In this document: in pieces, positions 49,990 through 58,960 of the stretch
Numbering within the stretch: the first letter of the stretch is position 1
Layout: each line of letters starts with the position of its first letter
NCBI GenBank assembly: GCA_963822445.1
Contig: CAWGHO010000003.1
Location: forward strand, 1,344,001-1,408,000
Direction: 5' to 3'
DNA: 64,000 nucleotides
From: an uncultured Acidobacteriota bacterium
GTDB lineage: Bacteria > Acidobacteriota > Thermoanaerobaculia > Gp7-AA8
Program-made: the position numbers and the translations under genes
Notes under the pieces: model-generated
What the model was told of the DNA's origin: nothing
Databases searched by the model: none
What the model saw: only the letters and a program-made list of their open reading frames with translations

Positions 49990-51303
49990 CTAGCCGCGGC
50001 GCGCGCGAAGCATCGCCGTAAGACTTGCGTGCACATCGGTCATCCGGCGCGGACGTTCCGCTACGTCCTCCGAGATCATGCTGAACACGAGGCTCCGAAG
50101 ATCATCCGACACGCGTGTGTTCTGCATGAAACCGAAAACGGTGTTGCGTCGCGGCCCGGCGAACAAGTGCGTCAACGTGATCCCCAGCCCATACACGTCA
50201 GTGGCCTGCGTTACGACGCCATGACGTTCCTGTTCCGGGGCCATGAATCCGGGCGTACCGCATGCGGCCGTGGAAGGGACAGGCTCGATGACCTGGGACG
50301 GCACTATGCGAGGGTCGATCAGCCGCTGAACGTCGACCTGGAGAAAGTCGATCACGCTGGGAGAACCGCGTTCGTCCACCAGAATGTTCGCGGGCTTGAG
50401 ATCCCCATGAAGAACTCCCTGCACTTGAAACCCGAATTCATCGATGTAAGTGGTCGCGTGGCACGTGGCGAGAGCGTCTGACAAGGCGAAGGCAACCTCG
50501 AGCCTCGCGATATGAGCTTGCTCGTCATCCCCGACCGTTGCCGACCAGTCGTCGAGCCGCCGTCCCTCCACGAAATCGGTGACCATGAAAGCGGTCCGCA
50601 GGCCGTCTATGTCGCAATACCCGCTATCGAGCAGAGTTGCGACGTTGGGATGACGCACCGCCTTGACGGCCCGAAATCCCCGTTCGAACAGGCCGATGAG
50701 GTGTCGATACCCTTGTTTGAGCGGAAAGAACAATTTGAATGCCAGGGATCGGCGCTGTTGCGGATGCGTTGCGACGTACACGCTTCCACTTCCACCGCTT
50801 CCGACGAGATCAGACAAGCCATAGCCATTGATGACCGTTCCGACGAGACGCTTCGGACTATCGAACGGCCCGACGGAAGCGACAGGCGTAACGTCGCCGC
50901 CAACCGCTCGCAGAATCTCCCGAACTACCACCGAGACACCATCAGACGTCGAGATCGCGAACCGGTCGGCCAGCAACGGCGCTTTGCGCAGCAGGGTTTC
51001 GTAGTCGAGGTCATGCAGGATCGGAAGGATGCGCTTTCCGTGTGTCATTTCCAGCGCCAGGATGGCCTCGAGCTCGCGTTGTGGCCATTCCTTCCCGAGA
51101 AATGCCGGACTGAGAATGACGACTCCAAAGCGCGCGTTCAGAAGGCCGTCCTCGATCCTGCGCCGAAGGCTGTCCCCGAGTCTCAGCTCCTCACGATCGA
51201 TCCAGACCTTCAGGCCCGCGGCAGCCAGGCCCTCCGCGACAGGCAGTGCGATCGACGACTTGTCTTCGCGCGCATGGCTCACAAACACGTCCCAAGTCGT
51301 CAT
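49990..51303 (-). CDS. TIR domain-Ser/Thr protein kinase fusion
   Basis: TIR 'DVFVSHAREDK...VWID...GDSL...LSPAF..KEWPQREL'; kinase 'GSGGSGSVY', 'AFK', 'HGDLKPANIL', 'DFL', 'GTPGFMAPEQ', 'DVYGLG'. Confidence 0.9.
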   Translation of the reverse strand: MTTWDVFVSHAREDKSSIALPVAEGLAAAGLKVWIDREELRLGDSLRRRIEDGLLNARFGVVILSPAFLGKEWPQRELEAILALEMTHGKRILPILHDLDYETLLRKAPLLADRFAISTSDGVSVVVREILRAVGGDVTPVASVGPFDSPKRLVGTVINGYGLSDLVGSGGSGSVYVATHPQQRRSLAFKLFFPLKQGYRHLIGLFERGFRAVKAVRHPNVATLLDSGYCDIDGLRTAFMVTDFVEGRRLDDWSATVGDDEQAHIARLEVAFALSDALATCHATTYIDEFGFQVQGVLHGDLKPANILVDERGSPSVIDFLQVDVQRLIDPRIVPSQVIEPVPSTAACGTPGFMAPEQERHGVVTQATDVYGLGITLTHLFAGPRRNTVFGFMQNTRVSDDLRSLVFSMISEDVAERPRRMTDVHASLTAMLRARRG

Positions 51304-51428
51304 GCGCTCACCATACACCCGGCGCGATTGCGCGTTTTGCCACTATGGACCGCGCCTCCACCCAAAGAGAGCATTCGCGGTCCATACAGTGACGTTCGCA
51401 GCAACTCAGTAACTCAGCGGCCCGGCAA

Positions 51429-51779
51429 TTACAAAATCACCACCGTACAGTGATCCGGAATCTGAATCCCGCCCGCATCCGTCAGCGTCTCGTCGATCCC
51501 CACTGAACCATCGATCGCCGTTCCCACGTGGCGGATCAGGGTGATGTCGAACTGCACGTCCGTGTTCTCCGGTCCCACCTCGTGCATGAAGGTGATGCTC
51601 TTCGAGGGCGTGCCGCTCGGCAGTTGAAACCAGATGTCGTGGCCGCCGGCCAGGCGGAACTCGCACACGACCTGCTCCACCTGCTGGTCCGAGATCATGG
51701 TCTGCTTCAGGTCGACGTTCCCGGGCACGCTCGTCTTGCGCGGCTTGGGCTCGAGATTCTTCACGATGCCGATGGCCAT
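51429..51779 (-). CDS. Hypothetical beta-rich protein (116 aa)
   Basis: GAGGAG RBS; starts 14 bp after the upstream gene. Confidence 0.65.
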   Translation of the reverse strand: MAIGIVKNLEPKPRKTSVPGNVDLKQTMISDQQVEQVVCEFRLAGGHDIWFQLPSGTPSKSITFMHEVGPENTDVQFDITLIRHVGTAIDGSVGIDETLTDAGGIQIPDHCTVVIL

Positions 51780-51793
51780 CTGATTCTCCTCAG

Positions 51794-53497
51794 CTACTGA
51801 AAAAGCTTTCCGACGCCGGCGAACTGCTTGGCGACGTTCCAGTCGAACGAGATCGAAACGTACGGGGCGGTGCCGATGACCGTGTTCGTGCCATCGAGCT
51901 TTTCGTAGACCAGCGCTCCGCCGCCGACGCGGAGGGCGTCCGTGACGCGGAAGCCGCCGCCGATGACCAGCGATTGATTGCCGAACAGATCCTGCCGGGT
52001 CTTGTTCGTGTCGGCGACCGACGTCGCAGTCATCCCGATGGTGAAGGACACGCGGCGCTTGATGCCGCCCTTGAGCCGCAACGGCGCGTCTTTGTTGATC
52101 GGGCGGAAGTAGACGTTTGCGCCGAGGTAGGGGACGGTGGTCTCGATGTTCGGGGCGTACGCGAAACCGGCATCGGCGGAGATGTACCAGTTCACGAACG
52201 TGTCGTAGGTGCCGACGGTGTCGGATCCGATGAGGCGAACCGCCCGAATCTCCTCGCGGACCTCGTCGGCGAGCGCGTTGACCCGCGAGTCGCGGGACGT
52301 CGAGTTTTCCGCGATGTTCCGCCCCGCATTGACCATCCGGAACGCTTCCGAGGCCGCGGCATCGATCGGATTGCCGCGGGCGGTGAGCGTTCGCAGGGCA
52401 GTGACCTGCTCGGCGGTGAGCTGATTCGTACGGGCGAGGTCATCGAACACACCGTCGCTGTCGAGTCGCTTGACCCACTGGCCGAGGCCGCGCAACGTGT
52501 CGCGGGTCTGGGTGAGATTCGTGACGCGAGTCGTGGCCGCGTCGGCAGTGATGTCGACGGTCATCGATTGCAGCGAGCGATCGGGGGACGTGATGGAGGC
52601 GCCCCGCGCAACGACTTCGAGCTGCGCCGGCGTGAGGGAGATCAACCGGATCTCGTCGGCGTGCGCGTCGAGGTCCGTGGCCACTTCGGGCTGCGTGCTG
52701 GCCAGTGTCCGCAGCCTGCGCACCAGCAGCGTCAGCGGCGCCTCGGCGATGGAATTCAGATTCGCGCGAAGCCGCGTCGCCCCTTCATTGAACGTCTCCA
52801 CGCCGTTCACCTTCTGCTGCTGGTCGTCGATGATCTCGGCGATGCTGGAGGTGAACTGCTCGTCGATGTCGGTGGACGGATCGAGGATGCTTCCGACCAC
52901 GACGCAAGGCGCGAGCGTGCGGACTTCGCTGATCAGATCGGCGCGCAGCGCGTCGAAGGCGGCCTGGGACTGGTTGGAATCGGTGAAGTTGCCGAGCCGG
53001 CGGGCGATGAGATCGCGCGCCCGCGGTTGAAAGGCCGCGGCCTGCGCGTCGGTCGGCGTTCCATGCACGTCGAAGAGGAAGACGTAAAGGCGCTGCGCGT
53101 CGAGGGCGTCGATGGGAAGAGAGAAGCGGGGCGCGGCGCCGGCTGCCGGCGCGGTGAGGGCGTCGCGCTCCCAGACCAGGGCTTGCGGTGGCCGCCAGGC
53201 GTTGCGATCGTCGAGGACCGGAGTGCAGTTCTCATCGCGCCGGATCGAACCGGGCCGCGGACAATCGCTGCGTTTGCATTCGCGGTAAACGAGCTCGATG
53301 CGATCGACGCGATCTGGCACGTCGCCGACCATCTCGAAGGGAACGTCGAAGGGAACCGTGCCCGTGGCCGCGGTGCTGCGCAGGTCGACCTCGATGCGGG
53401 CGCGCGAGGGCACCGTGCCCTGCTGCTGTTGCTGTGCCGCGGACGGGGCCGCAGGCAGGAACGCGGCACACGCGAGGAGGATCGCCATCCGTTTCAT
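51794..53497 (-). CDS. Secreted protein with a helical core and a C-terminal putative outer-membrane beta-barrel
   Basis: Signal peptide, AAGGAG RBS, amphipathic strands 'YISADAGFAY', 'PYLGANVYFRP', 'PYVSISFDWN'. Confidence 0.7.
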   Translation of the reverse strand: MKRMAILLACAAFLPAAPSAAQQQQQGTVPSRARIEVDLRSTAATGTVPFDVPFEMVGDVPDRVDRIELVYRECKRSDCPRPGSIRRDENCTPVLDDRNAWRPPQALVWERDALTAPAAGAAPRFSLPIDALDAQRLYVFLFDVHGTPTDAQAAAFQPRARDLIARRLGNFTDSNQSQAAFDALRADLISEVRTLAPCVVVGSILDPSTDIDEQFTSSIAEIIDDQQQKVNGVETFNEGATRLRANLNSIAEAPLTLLVRRLRTLASTQPEVATDLDAHADEIRLISLTPAQLEVVARGASITSPDRSLQSMTVDITADAATTRVTNLTQTRDTLRGLGQWVKRLDSDGVFDDLARTNQLTAEQVTALRTLTARGNPIDAAASEAFRMVNAGRNIAENSTSRDSRVNALADEVREEIRAVRLIGSDTVGTYDTFVNWYISADAGFAYAPNIETTVPYLGANVYFRPINKDAPLRLKGGIKRRVSFTIGMTATSVADTNKTRQDLFGNQSLVIGGGFRVTDALRVGGGALVYEKLDGTNTVIGTAPYVSISFDWNVAKQFAGVGKLFQ

Positions 53498-53573
53498 CCG
53501 GACTCCTTATCGTCGCTTTTCTCTCTCAGGGGATCGACGCGTAAGGATACGCGAACTGCGGAACGGCGAGGCG

Positions 53574-53606
53574 GCGGACCCGCCGGTCAGAAACCGGCGG
53601 GTCCGC
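53574..53606 (-). terminator. 14-bp GC-rich hairpin after the 53616 gene (possible terminator, no U-tract)
   Basis: GCGGACCCGCCGGT-N5-ACCGGCGGGTCCGC, 9 bp downstream of the stop. Confidence 0.45.
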
Positions 53607-53615
53607 GTTGCGACT

Positions 53616-54449
53616 TCAGGGGAAGCGAACCTCGATCGTGCCGGCGTACGACACGATGCACGGCTGATACGGATATTCGGGACTGCTCCAGCAATCGTAG
53701 AAGCGCTGCGTGATCGAGGCTTCCGATTTCACGACGGCGCTGAACGAGGAGCTCTTCGCGTACACGACCGGGTGCGACGTCTGGCAGAGAACACCACCGC
53801 CCGAGTAGTCACTGCACGTTTTGCTGTAGCCGTACGGATCGAAATACGGGCCACCGGTCGGTCCCCATACGAGATTGCTGGACTGTTTCGCGCGGACAGT
53901 GGCCCTGCTGTAGCCGGTTGCCTCGCACCAGACGGTCGTTCCCACACCGTACTGATATTCCGTCGACGTGACGTTGACGTAACGCCAGGTCTCCAGGTAG
54001 CTGCCGTCGTCGAACCAGAGATAGATGTACTGGGTCGACGCGGCGTTCGGAGCAATGCCGAAAGCATTGGCCGCCACGCGATCCTTCGGTTCCTGCGGAT
54101 TGGCGACGAAGCGGCGCTCGGCGTCCGGAGTGGTCTGCCGTGCCGCGGCGATGGCGACGCGGGCTTTGGTGAACGCTGACTCGGGGGCATAGGCGAAGAC
54201 CAACGCCTGTCCCGGCCCGCTCGCCGGCGCATCCTCGGCCAGCGATCCGTCGATCTTCCGAAGATAGAACCGGACGCCGGCCGGAACCACGGTTCCCTCG
54301 GGAACGAGAGCGCGACCCGTTTCCGGATCGGCAATGGCAATGAACGCATTGGGGGCGAGGTCCGCGACCGGCTCGGCGGCGAAACCGGAGATCGCGATCA
54401 TCGCGATCATGAACACAAAGAGACTCCTGACTGAAGCTCGCATCAGCAC
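53616..54449 (-). CDS. Secreted hypothetical protein (Tyr/Cys-rich C-domain)
   Basis: Signal peptide, AGGAAGG RBS, GC3-biased codons. Confidence 0.7.
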   Translation of the reverse strand: MLMRASVRSLFVFMIAMIAISGFAAEPVADLAPNAFIAIADPETGRALVPEGTVVPAGVRFYLRKIDGSLAEDAPASGPGQALVFAYAPESAFTKARVAIAAARQTTPDAERRFVANPQEPKDRVAANAFGIAPNAASTQYIYLWFDDGSYLETWRYVNVTSTEYQYGVGTTVWCEATGYSRATVRAKQSSNLVWGPTGGPYFDPYGYSKTCSDYSGGGVLCQTSHPVVYAKSSSFSAVVKSEASITQRFYDCWSSPEYPYQPCIVSYAGTIEVRFP

Positions 54450-54579
54450 CTTCCTGATTTGGTGTATTTGGAAATAATTGTGGACGGGGAAGACGCGGCA
54501 CTTTAGAGGTGCGATGCTGGGTTGTCAACGACGCAAAGCAGACCGGCCGGCCGGTGAATGCTGATCCTGACGATTCGCT

Positions 54580-54894
54580 CTAAAAGCATTCAGCAATACC
54601 GAATCGTGCCGAAAGAACTACAGCTGTGGAGAGGTCTTCCGGCGCTGCGGCGCGCGCGGTGTCGGCAACCGCAGGTTGGTGATGGCCCATCGGCTCGCTC
54701 CACGAAAAGCGAAAGGACGTTTCGGCCGCGTTGTCCCGATTCGCATCGAGATCCGCACGCACGGTTCGGCCGAAATACCGGTGAGTTCTCATCGTCATGC
54801 CGTATTGGTGGGAAGTCGAGGAGCCGAACAGCCACCACGCCAGCGCTGGTACAGCGAGGAGGATCAGCAGGAGAGTTGCTCGCCGCGCGGTCAC
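54580..54894 (-). CDS. Hypothetical protein, possibly truncated
   Basis: GTG overlaps the methyltransferase stop; N-terminal TM. Confidence 0.35.
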   Translation of the reverse strand: MTARRATLLLILLAVPALAWWLFGSSTSHQYGMTMRTHRYFGRTVRADLDANRDNAAETSFRFSWSEPMGHHQPAVADTARAAAPEDLSTAVVLSARFGIAECF

Positions 54895-55733
54895 GCGCTC
54901 GGCTCCGCGGGCACGTTGCCGGGCGGAAAGCCGAAGCTGAGACGGACCGCGGAGTATTCGGGATCGACGGAGCCGTCGCGTTTGCGGATGGTGAGTGGCG
55001 GCTCGCGGAACGCCTGAAAGGTCGTCGGAATGTCCTCGGCCCTTGACGCGGCGAAGAGCGTGACCAGCGGCGGATCGCCTTCGCGGAAGATGACGTCGCG
55101 GCGGCGGATGAGAATCAATCCGGCGCCGGTGACAGCCTCCAACGCGCGATCGAGTTGCACCGTCGGAAAGACGAACGCGAACAAACCGCCGGGCGCGAGG
55201 ATGCGCGCCGCTGTTTGCGCGTAATCGGCAATCGATCCCCGCACTTCGATCCGCGCCGGAATCGCCTGCGGATGTTCGGCCACGGTCGCGGTTCCCGCGG
55301 GCCAGTAGGGTGGCGAGCCGGTGACGAGATCGAACGGCCTTTCTTTGTCAAGAATTGACACGTCCCGTAGATCGCCGTGGTAGAGCGTGAACCGCGATTC
55401 GAGGCCGTTGAAGCGCACGCTCTTGCGCGCGAGGGCGATGGACATCTCCTGCGCTTCGACGGTGCAGAACGTCGCGCCGGGAAGCCGCCACGCGGAGATC
55501 AAAGCGACGGAGCCGATGCCCGATCCGAGGTCGCAGGCTCGGTCGACGCGAGGTGCGTGGGTGGTTCCGTACCACGCGGTGATCACGTCGTCCGTCGAGT
55601 AGCGATGACCTTTGGCGTACTGAAAGATGCGGAAGCGGCCGCAGAGAAAATCGAGGGTCTCGCCGGGTTCCGGCTCGATTCCGCCGGGAGGCTCGGGGCC
55701 GGGGCGGCGCCACCCGCGGTAGTACTCGTCCAT
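54891..55733 (-). CDS. SAM-dependent methyltransferase, tRNA1(Val) m6A37 (YfiC/TrmN)-like
   Basis: 'FQYAKGHRYSTDD', 'DLGSGIG', 'GSPPY', 'LAPGG'. Confidence 0.8.
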   Translation of the reverse strand: MDEYYRGWRRPGPEPPGGIEPEPGETLDFLCGRFRIFQYAKGHRYSTDDVITAWYGTTHAPRVDRACDLGSGIGSVALISAWRLPGATFCTVEAQEMSIALARKSVRFNGLESRFTLYHGDLRDVSILDKERPFDLVTGSPPYWPAGTATVAEHPQAIPARIEVRGSIADYAQTAARILAPGGLFAFVFPTVQLDRALEAVTGAGLILIRRRDVIFREGDPPLVTLFAASRAEDIPTTFQAFREPPLTIRKRDGSVDPEYSAVRLSFGFPPGNVPAEPSA

Positions 55734-55799
55734 CGTGTAGTGTGGGCCTCTGGCCTACGTCTTCGAACCGGAGGTAGGCCGGAGGCCCACACTACACGA
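55733..55799. repeat. GTAG-type REP-like hairpin
   Basis: TCGTGTAGTGTGGGCCTCTGGCCTAC ... GTAGGCCGGAGGCCCACACTACACGA. Confidence 0.8.
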
Positions 55800-55812
55800 G
55801 GAGACTCGTTGC

Positions 55813-56140
55813 ATGACATCGAAAACTGGTCTGGACCAGCGATCCCGAGGCCGCGAGACGGTTGCGCGAGGAGGGGAAGCTCGATCCGGCAAAAGACGCC
55901 GAGCCTTCGAAGCAGACGATTCGCGTCGTTGCCGATCGGAAGCGTCGCGCGGGCAAGACCGTCACCGTTGCGAGCGGCTTCGAGCACACGCCGGAGTCGC
56001 TGGTGAAGCTCGCCGCATCGCTGAAGAAAAAGTGTGGCAGCGGCGGAACGGCGAAGGATGCGGAGATCGAGATCCAGGGCGACCATGTGGCGAAGATCGC
56101 CGATGAGTTGAGGAAGCTCGGGTACCGCGTCAAGCCGTAA
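55813..56140 (+). CDS. yciH: SUI1/eIF1-like translation factor YciH (one extra base in the A-run at 55822-55825)
   Basis: 'RKRRAGKTVTV..GF...LKKKCGSGGTAKD..IEIQGDH'; ATG with GAGGAG RBS is one base out of frame. Confidence 0.85.
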
Positions 56141-56192
56141 GGCGCGTTGCTATACTTCGTCCGGTTCAAATCAACAAACGCCGGAGGGTTTC

Positions 56193-58424
56193 ATGGCGCG
56201 AAGCCGTGTTCGCATTACCACTGGTGCGGCGGTGGCCCTGGGCTCCGCGCTCCTTCCGCAAGCCGCGGACGCGGCGACGTTCACCGTCTCCAACACGAAC
56301 GATACCGGCGCGGGAAGCCTGCGCGCCGCGATCGCCGATGCGAACGCGACCGCCGGCGCGGACACGATCAACTTCACCACCAGCGGCACGATCGTCCTCA
56401 CCACTGGCGAACTGACGATCACCGACTCGGTGACCATCGACGGGCCGGGCCCGGAAACGCTCACCGTCAGCGCCAACAACGCCTCGCGCGTCCTGACCAT
56501 CGACGACGGTGTCGACGGAACGCTGCGCGACGTCACGCTCGAAGGACTGACCATCACCGGCGGCGAAACGGCGGGCGAGGGCGGCGGCATCGTCTCGCGC
56601 GAGAACCTGACCCTGACCGGCGTAGTCCTCACGCAGAACCAGGCCCACCAGGCCGGCGGGATGAAGCACGAGATCGGTTCGCTCACGCTCACGGACGTCG
56701 ACGTCCTTGCGAACGAAACCACGCAGTACTACGCAGGAATGAAGGTCGCCACCTGCCCGAGCGTGTCCTTCTTCAACGTCCGTGTCGTCGACAACGTGTC
56801 GTTTCTCGGCGCAGGCGGCGGCGTGCAGCTCGAGGACATCGGGACGCTCGTGATCGAAGACAGCACGATCTCCGGCAACAGCGCGCAGAACATCGCCGGG
56901 CTCTGGATCTACCACGGCTCCCTGGCCGATCCGGCGGTCATCCGCCGCACCACGATCTCCGGGAACTACGCGACGATCAGTTGGGCCGGCGGTCTCATTT
57001 GCTGGGACACGGAGCTGACCGTCGAGAACTCCACCATCAGCGGCAACAACGCCGTCACCTCGGGCGGTGGGCTGTATCTCTACGGCAGCCAGGTCACTCT
57101 CGTGAACACCACGGTCACGGGAAATACCGGAGGAAACGACGGCGGCAACGTCGTCCTGTACAGCAACGCCGACCTGATCCTCGAGAACTCGATCATCGCC
57201 AACGGCGTCGCCGGGGCGGAACCCGACATCATCAGCGTGCACGGGGGAAACAGCGTTGTCGCGGATCATGCCCTCATCGAAACTCTGCCGACGACGACCA
57301 CCGTCACCGGCTCGGACATCATCACCGGCGTCGATCCGGAGCTCGGTGTGTTGCAGAACAACGGCGGCCTCACCGCGACGCACAAGCCGGCGGGCACGAG
57401 CCCGGTCGTCGACGCCGGCGATCCTTTGTGCGACTGCGCGATCACCGACCAGCGCGGCCTGACTCGCGTTGCGGGAGAGCAGGTCGATCTCGGTTCGGTG
57501 GAGTTGCAGCCGGGGACGTTGTCGGTCTCGCCGGCGACATACAACGTGGCCGAGGATGGGGGGACGGTCACTGTGACGGTGAGTCGCACCGGCGGCAGCG
57601 ACCGCGCGGTCTCCGTTCAATACGCGACGGTCAGCGGCACGGCGACGGCCGGCGCCGATTACACCGCGGCATCGGGAACGCTGTCCTGGGCCGCGGGCGA
57701 AACGGCGTCGAAGTCGGTCAACGTGACCATCCTCAATGACGCGACTGCCGAGCTGTCGGAGACGTTCGAGCTCGTGCTGTCGTCGCCCACGGGCGGCGCG
57801 GCGCTGGGAACGATGAACGCGGCGATCACCATCGCCGAGAACGATCTGCCGCCGTTCGGCCCCCCAGCGAACGTCACCGCGACTGCAACCGGCGCGAGCT
57901 CGGTATCGGTGAGCTGGTCGCCGGTCAGCGACGCGACGGGATACGAAGTCTTCCGCGCGACCTCGCTCACTTCCGGTTACACCTCCCTCGGAACGACGGG
58001 CACCACGGGATTCACCGATTCATCGGCAAGCGCGAACACGACCTATCTGTACAAGGTGCGCACCCTTGGCACCGGCGCACCTTCGGACTACAGCGCGATC
58101 GACGTGGCCACGACCGTGGTCATGACCGATGCGATTCTGAACAGCGCGATCCCGATCAAGGCGATCCATCTCACCGAGTTGCGCACGGCCGTAAACGCCA
58201 TGCGCGCCGCGGCAGGATTGAGCGCGGCGACGTTCACCGACCCGTCGCCGACGTCGGCGACGCTGATCAAGCGCGTGCACATCGTCGAGCTGCGCTCGGC
58301 TCTCGATGAGGCGCGGGCGGCGCTTGGATTGCCGGCGATCAGCTACACCGATCCGACGATCACGCAGAACGTGACGACCGCGAAGGCCGCGCACTGGATG
58401 GAGCTGCGGGGTGGGGTGGGCTAG
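56193..58424 (+). CDS. Secreted beta-helix (choice-of-anchor Q-like), Calx-beta and FN3 protein with a duplicated C-terminal helical module
   Basis: 'VSNTNDTGAGSLRAAI', GGG/STISGN repeats, 'LQNNGG.T.TH...DQRG...DLGSVE', Calx-beta 'GTATAGADY', FN3. Confidence 0.88.
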   Translation: MARSRVRITTGAAVALGSALLPQAADAATFTVSNTNDTGAGSLRAAIADANATAGADTINFTTSGTIVLTTGELTITDSVTIDGPGPETLTVSANNASRVLTIDDGVDGTLRDVTLEGLTITGGETAGEGGGIVSRENLTLTGVVLTQNQAHQAGGMKHEIGSLTLTDVDVLANETTQYYAGMKVATCPSVSFFNVRVVDNVSFLGAGGGVQLEDIGTLVIEDSTISGNSAQNIAGLWIYHGSLADPAVIRRTTISGNYATISWAGGLICWDTELTVENSTISGNNAVTSGGGLYLYGSQVTLVNTTVTGNTGGNDGGNVVLYSNADLILENSIIANGVAGAEPDIISVHGGNSVVADHALIETLPTTTTVTGSDIITGVDPELGVLQNNGGLTATHKPAGTSPVVDAGDPLCDCAITDQRGLTRVAGEQVDLGSVELQPGTLSVSPATYNVAEDGGTVTVTVSRTGGSDRAVSVQYATVSGTATAGADYTAASGTLSWAAGETASKSVNVTILNDATAELSETFELVLSSPTGGAALGTMNAAITIAENDLPPFGPPANVTATATGASSVSVSWSPVSDATGYEVFRATSLTSGYTSLGTTGTTGFTDSSASANTTYLYKVRTLGTGAPSDYSAIDVATTVVMTDAILNSAIPIKAIHLTELRTAVNAMRAAAGLSAATFTDPSPTSATLIKRVHIVELRSALDEARAALGLPAISYTDPTITQNVTTAKAAHWMELRGGVG

Positions 58425-58429
58425 CGAAG

Positions 58430-58520
58430 CTCTGGAGTGCGGCAGCAGAGCTGCCGCTTTCTACCGCGGCGGCGATGCCGCCGCGAGTGAGAGCGGTGGC
58501 TGTGCCACCGCAGTCCAGAG
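58430..58520. repeat. REP-like palindromic element (CTCTGGAGTGCGG...CCGCAGTCCAGAG)
   Basis: Same family as 40726; between convergent genes. Confidence 0.8.
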
Positions 58521-58528
58521 AGCTTTGC

Positions 58529-58960
58529 TTACTTGATCTCCACCAGCTCCAGCTCGAACGTCAGCGTCTTCCCGGCCAGCGGATGATTCGCGTCGAGCGT
58601 CACTCCCTCGTCATCCAGCCCGACGACCTGCATCGACGCGGCCTTGCCGTCGGGCAGGGTCACGCGGACGTAGTCGCCGACCTCGACTTCGAGCCCGCCC
58701 TGCAACGAGGACCGCGGGACGTGAAATACGAGCTGCTCCTCGCGGTCGCCGTATGCCTGTTCGGCGGGGATGTTTTCGGTCTTCTTCTCGCCGGCAGCCA
58801 TGCCGAGAATCGCGTTCTCGAACCCATCGATCACCTCGTGAGCGCCGATGGTGAACTCGATGGGGTCGCTGCCCTCCGACGAGTCGAAGACCGACCCGTC
58901 GTCGAGCGTTCCCTTGTAATGCACGGTGACCGTGTCGCCCTGTCCGGCTGTGCTTTTCAT
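58529..58960 (-). CDS. FKBP-type peptidyl-prolyl isomerase (SlyD/SlpA-like)
   Basis: 'VTVHYKGTLDDGSVFDSS', 'PAEQAYG', 'LDANHPLAGKTLTFEL'. Confidence 0.92.
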   Translation of the reverse strand: MKSTAGQGDTVTVHYKGTLDDGSVFDSSEGSDPIEFTIGAHEVIDGFENAILGMAAGEKKTENIPAEQAYGDREEQLVFHVPRSSLQGGLEVEVGDYVRVTLPDGKAASMQVVGLDDEGVTLDANHPLAGKTLTFELELVEIK

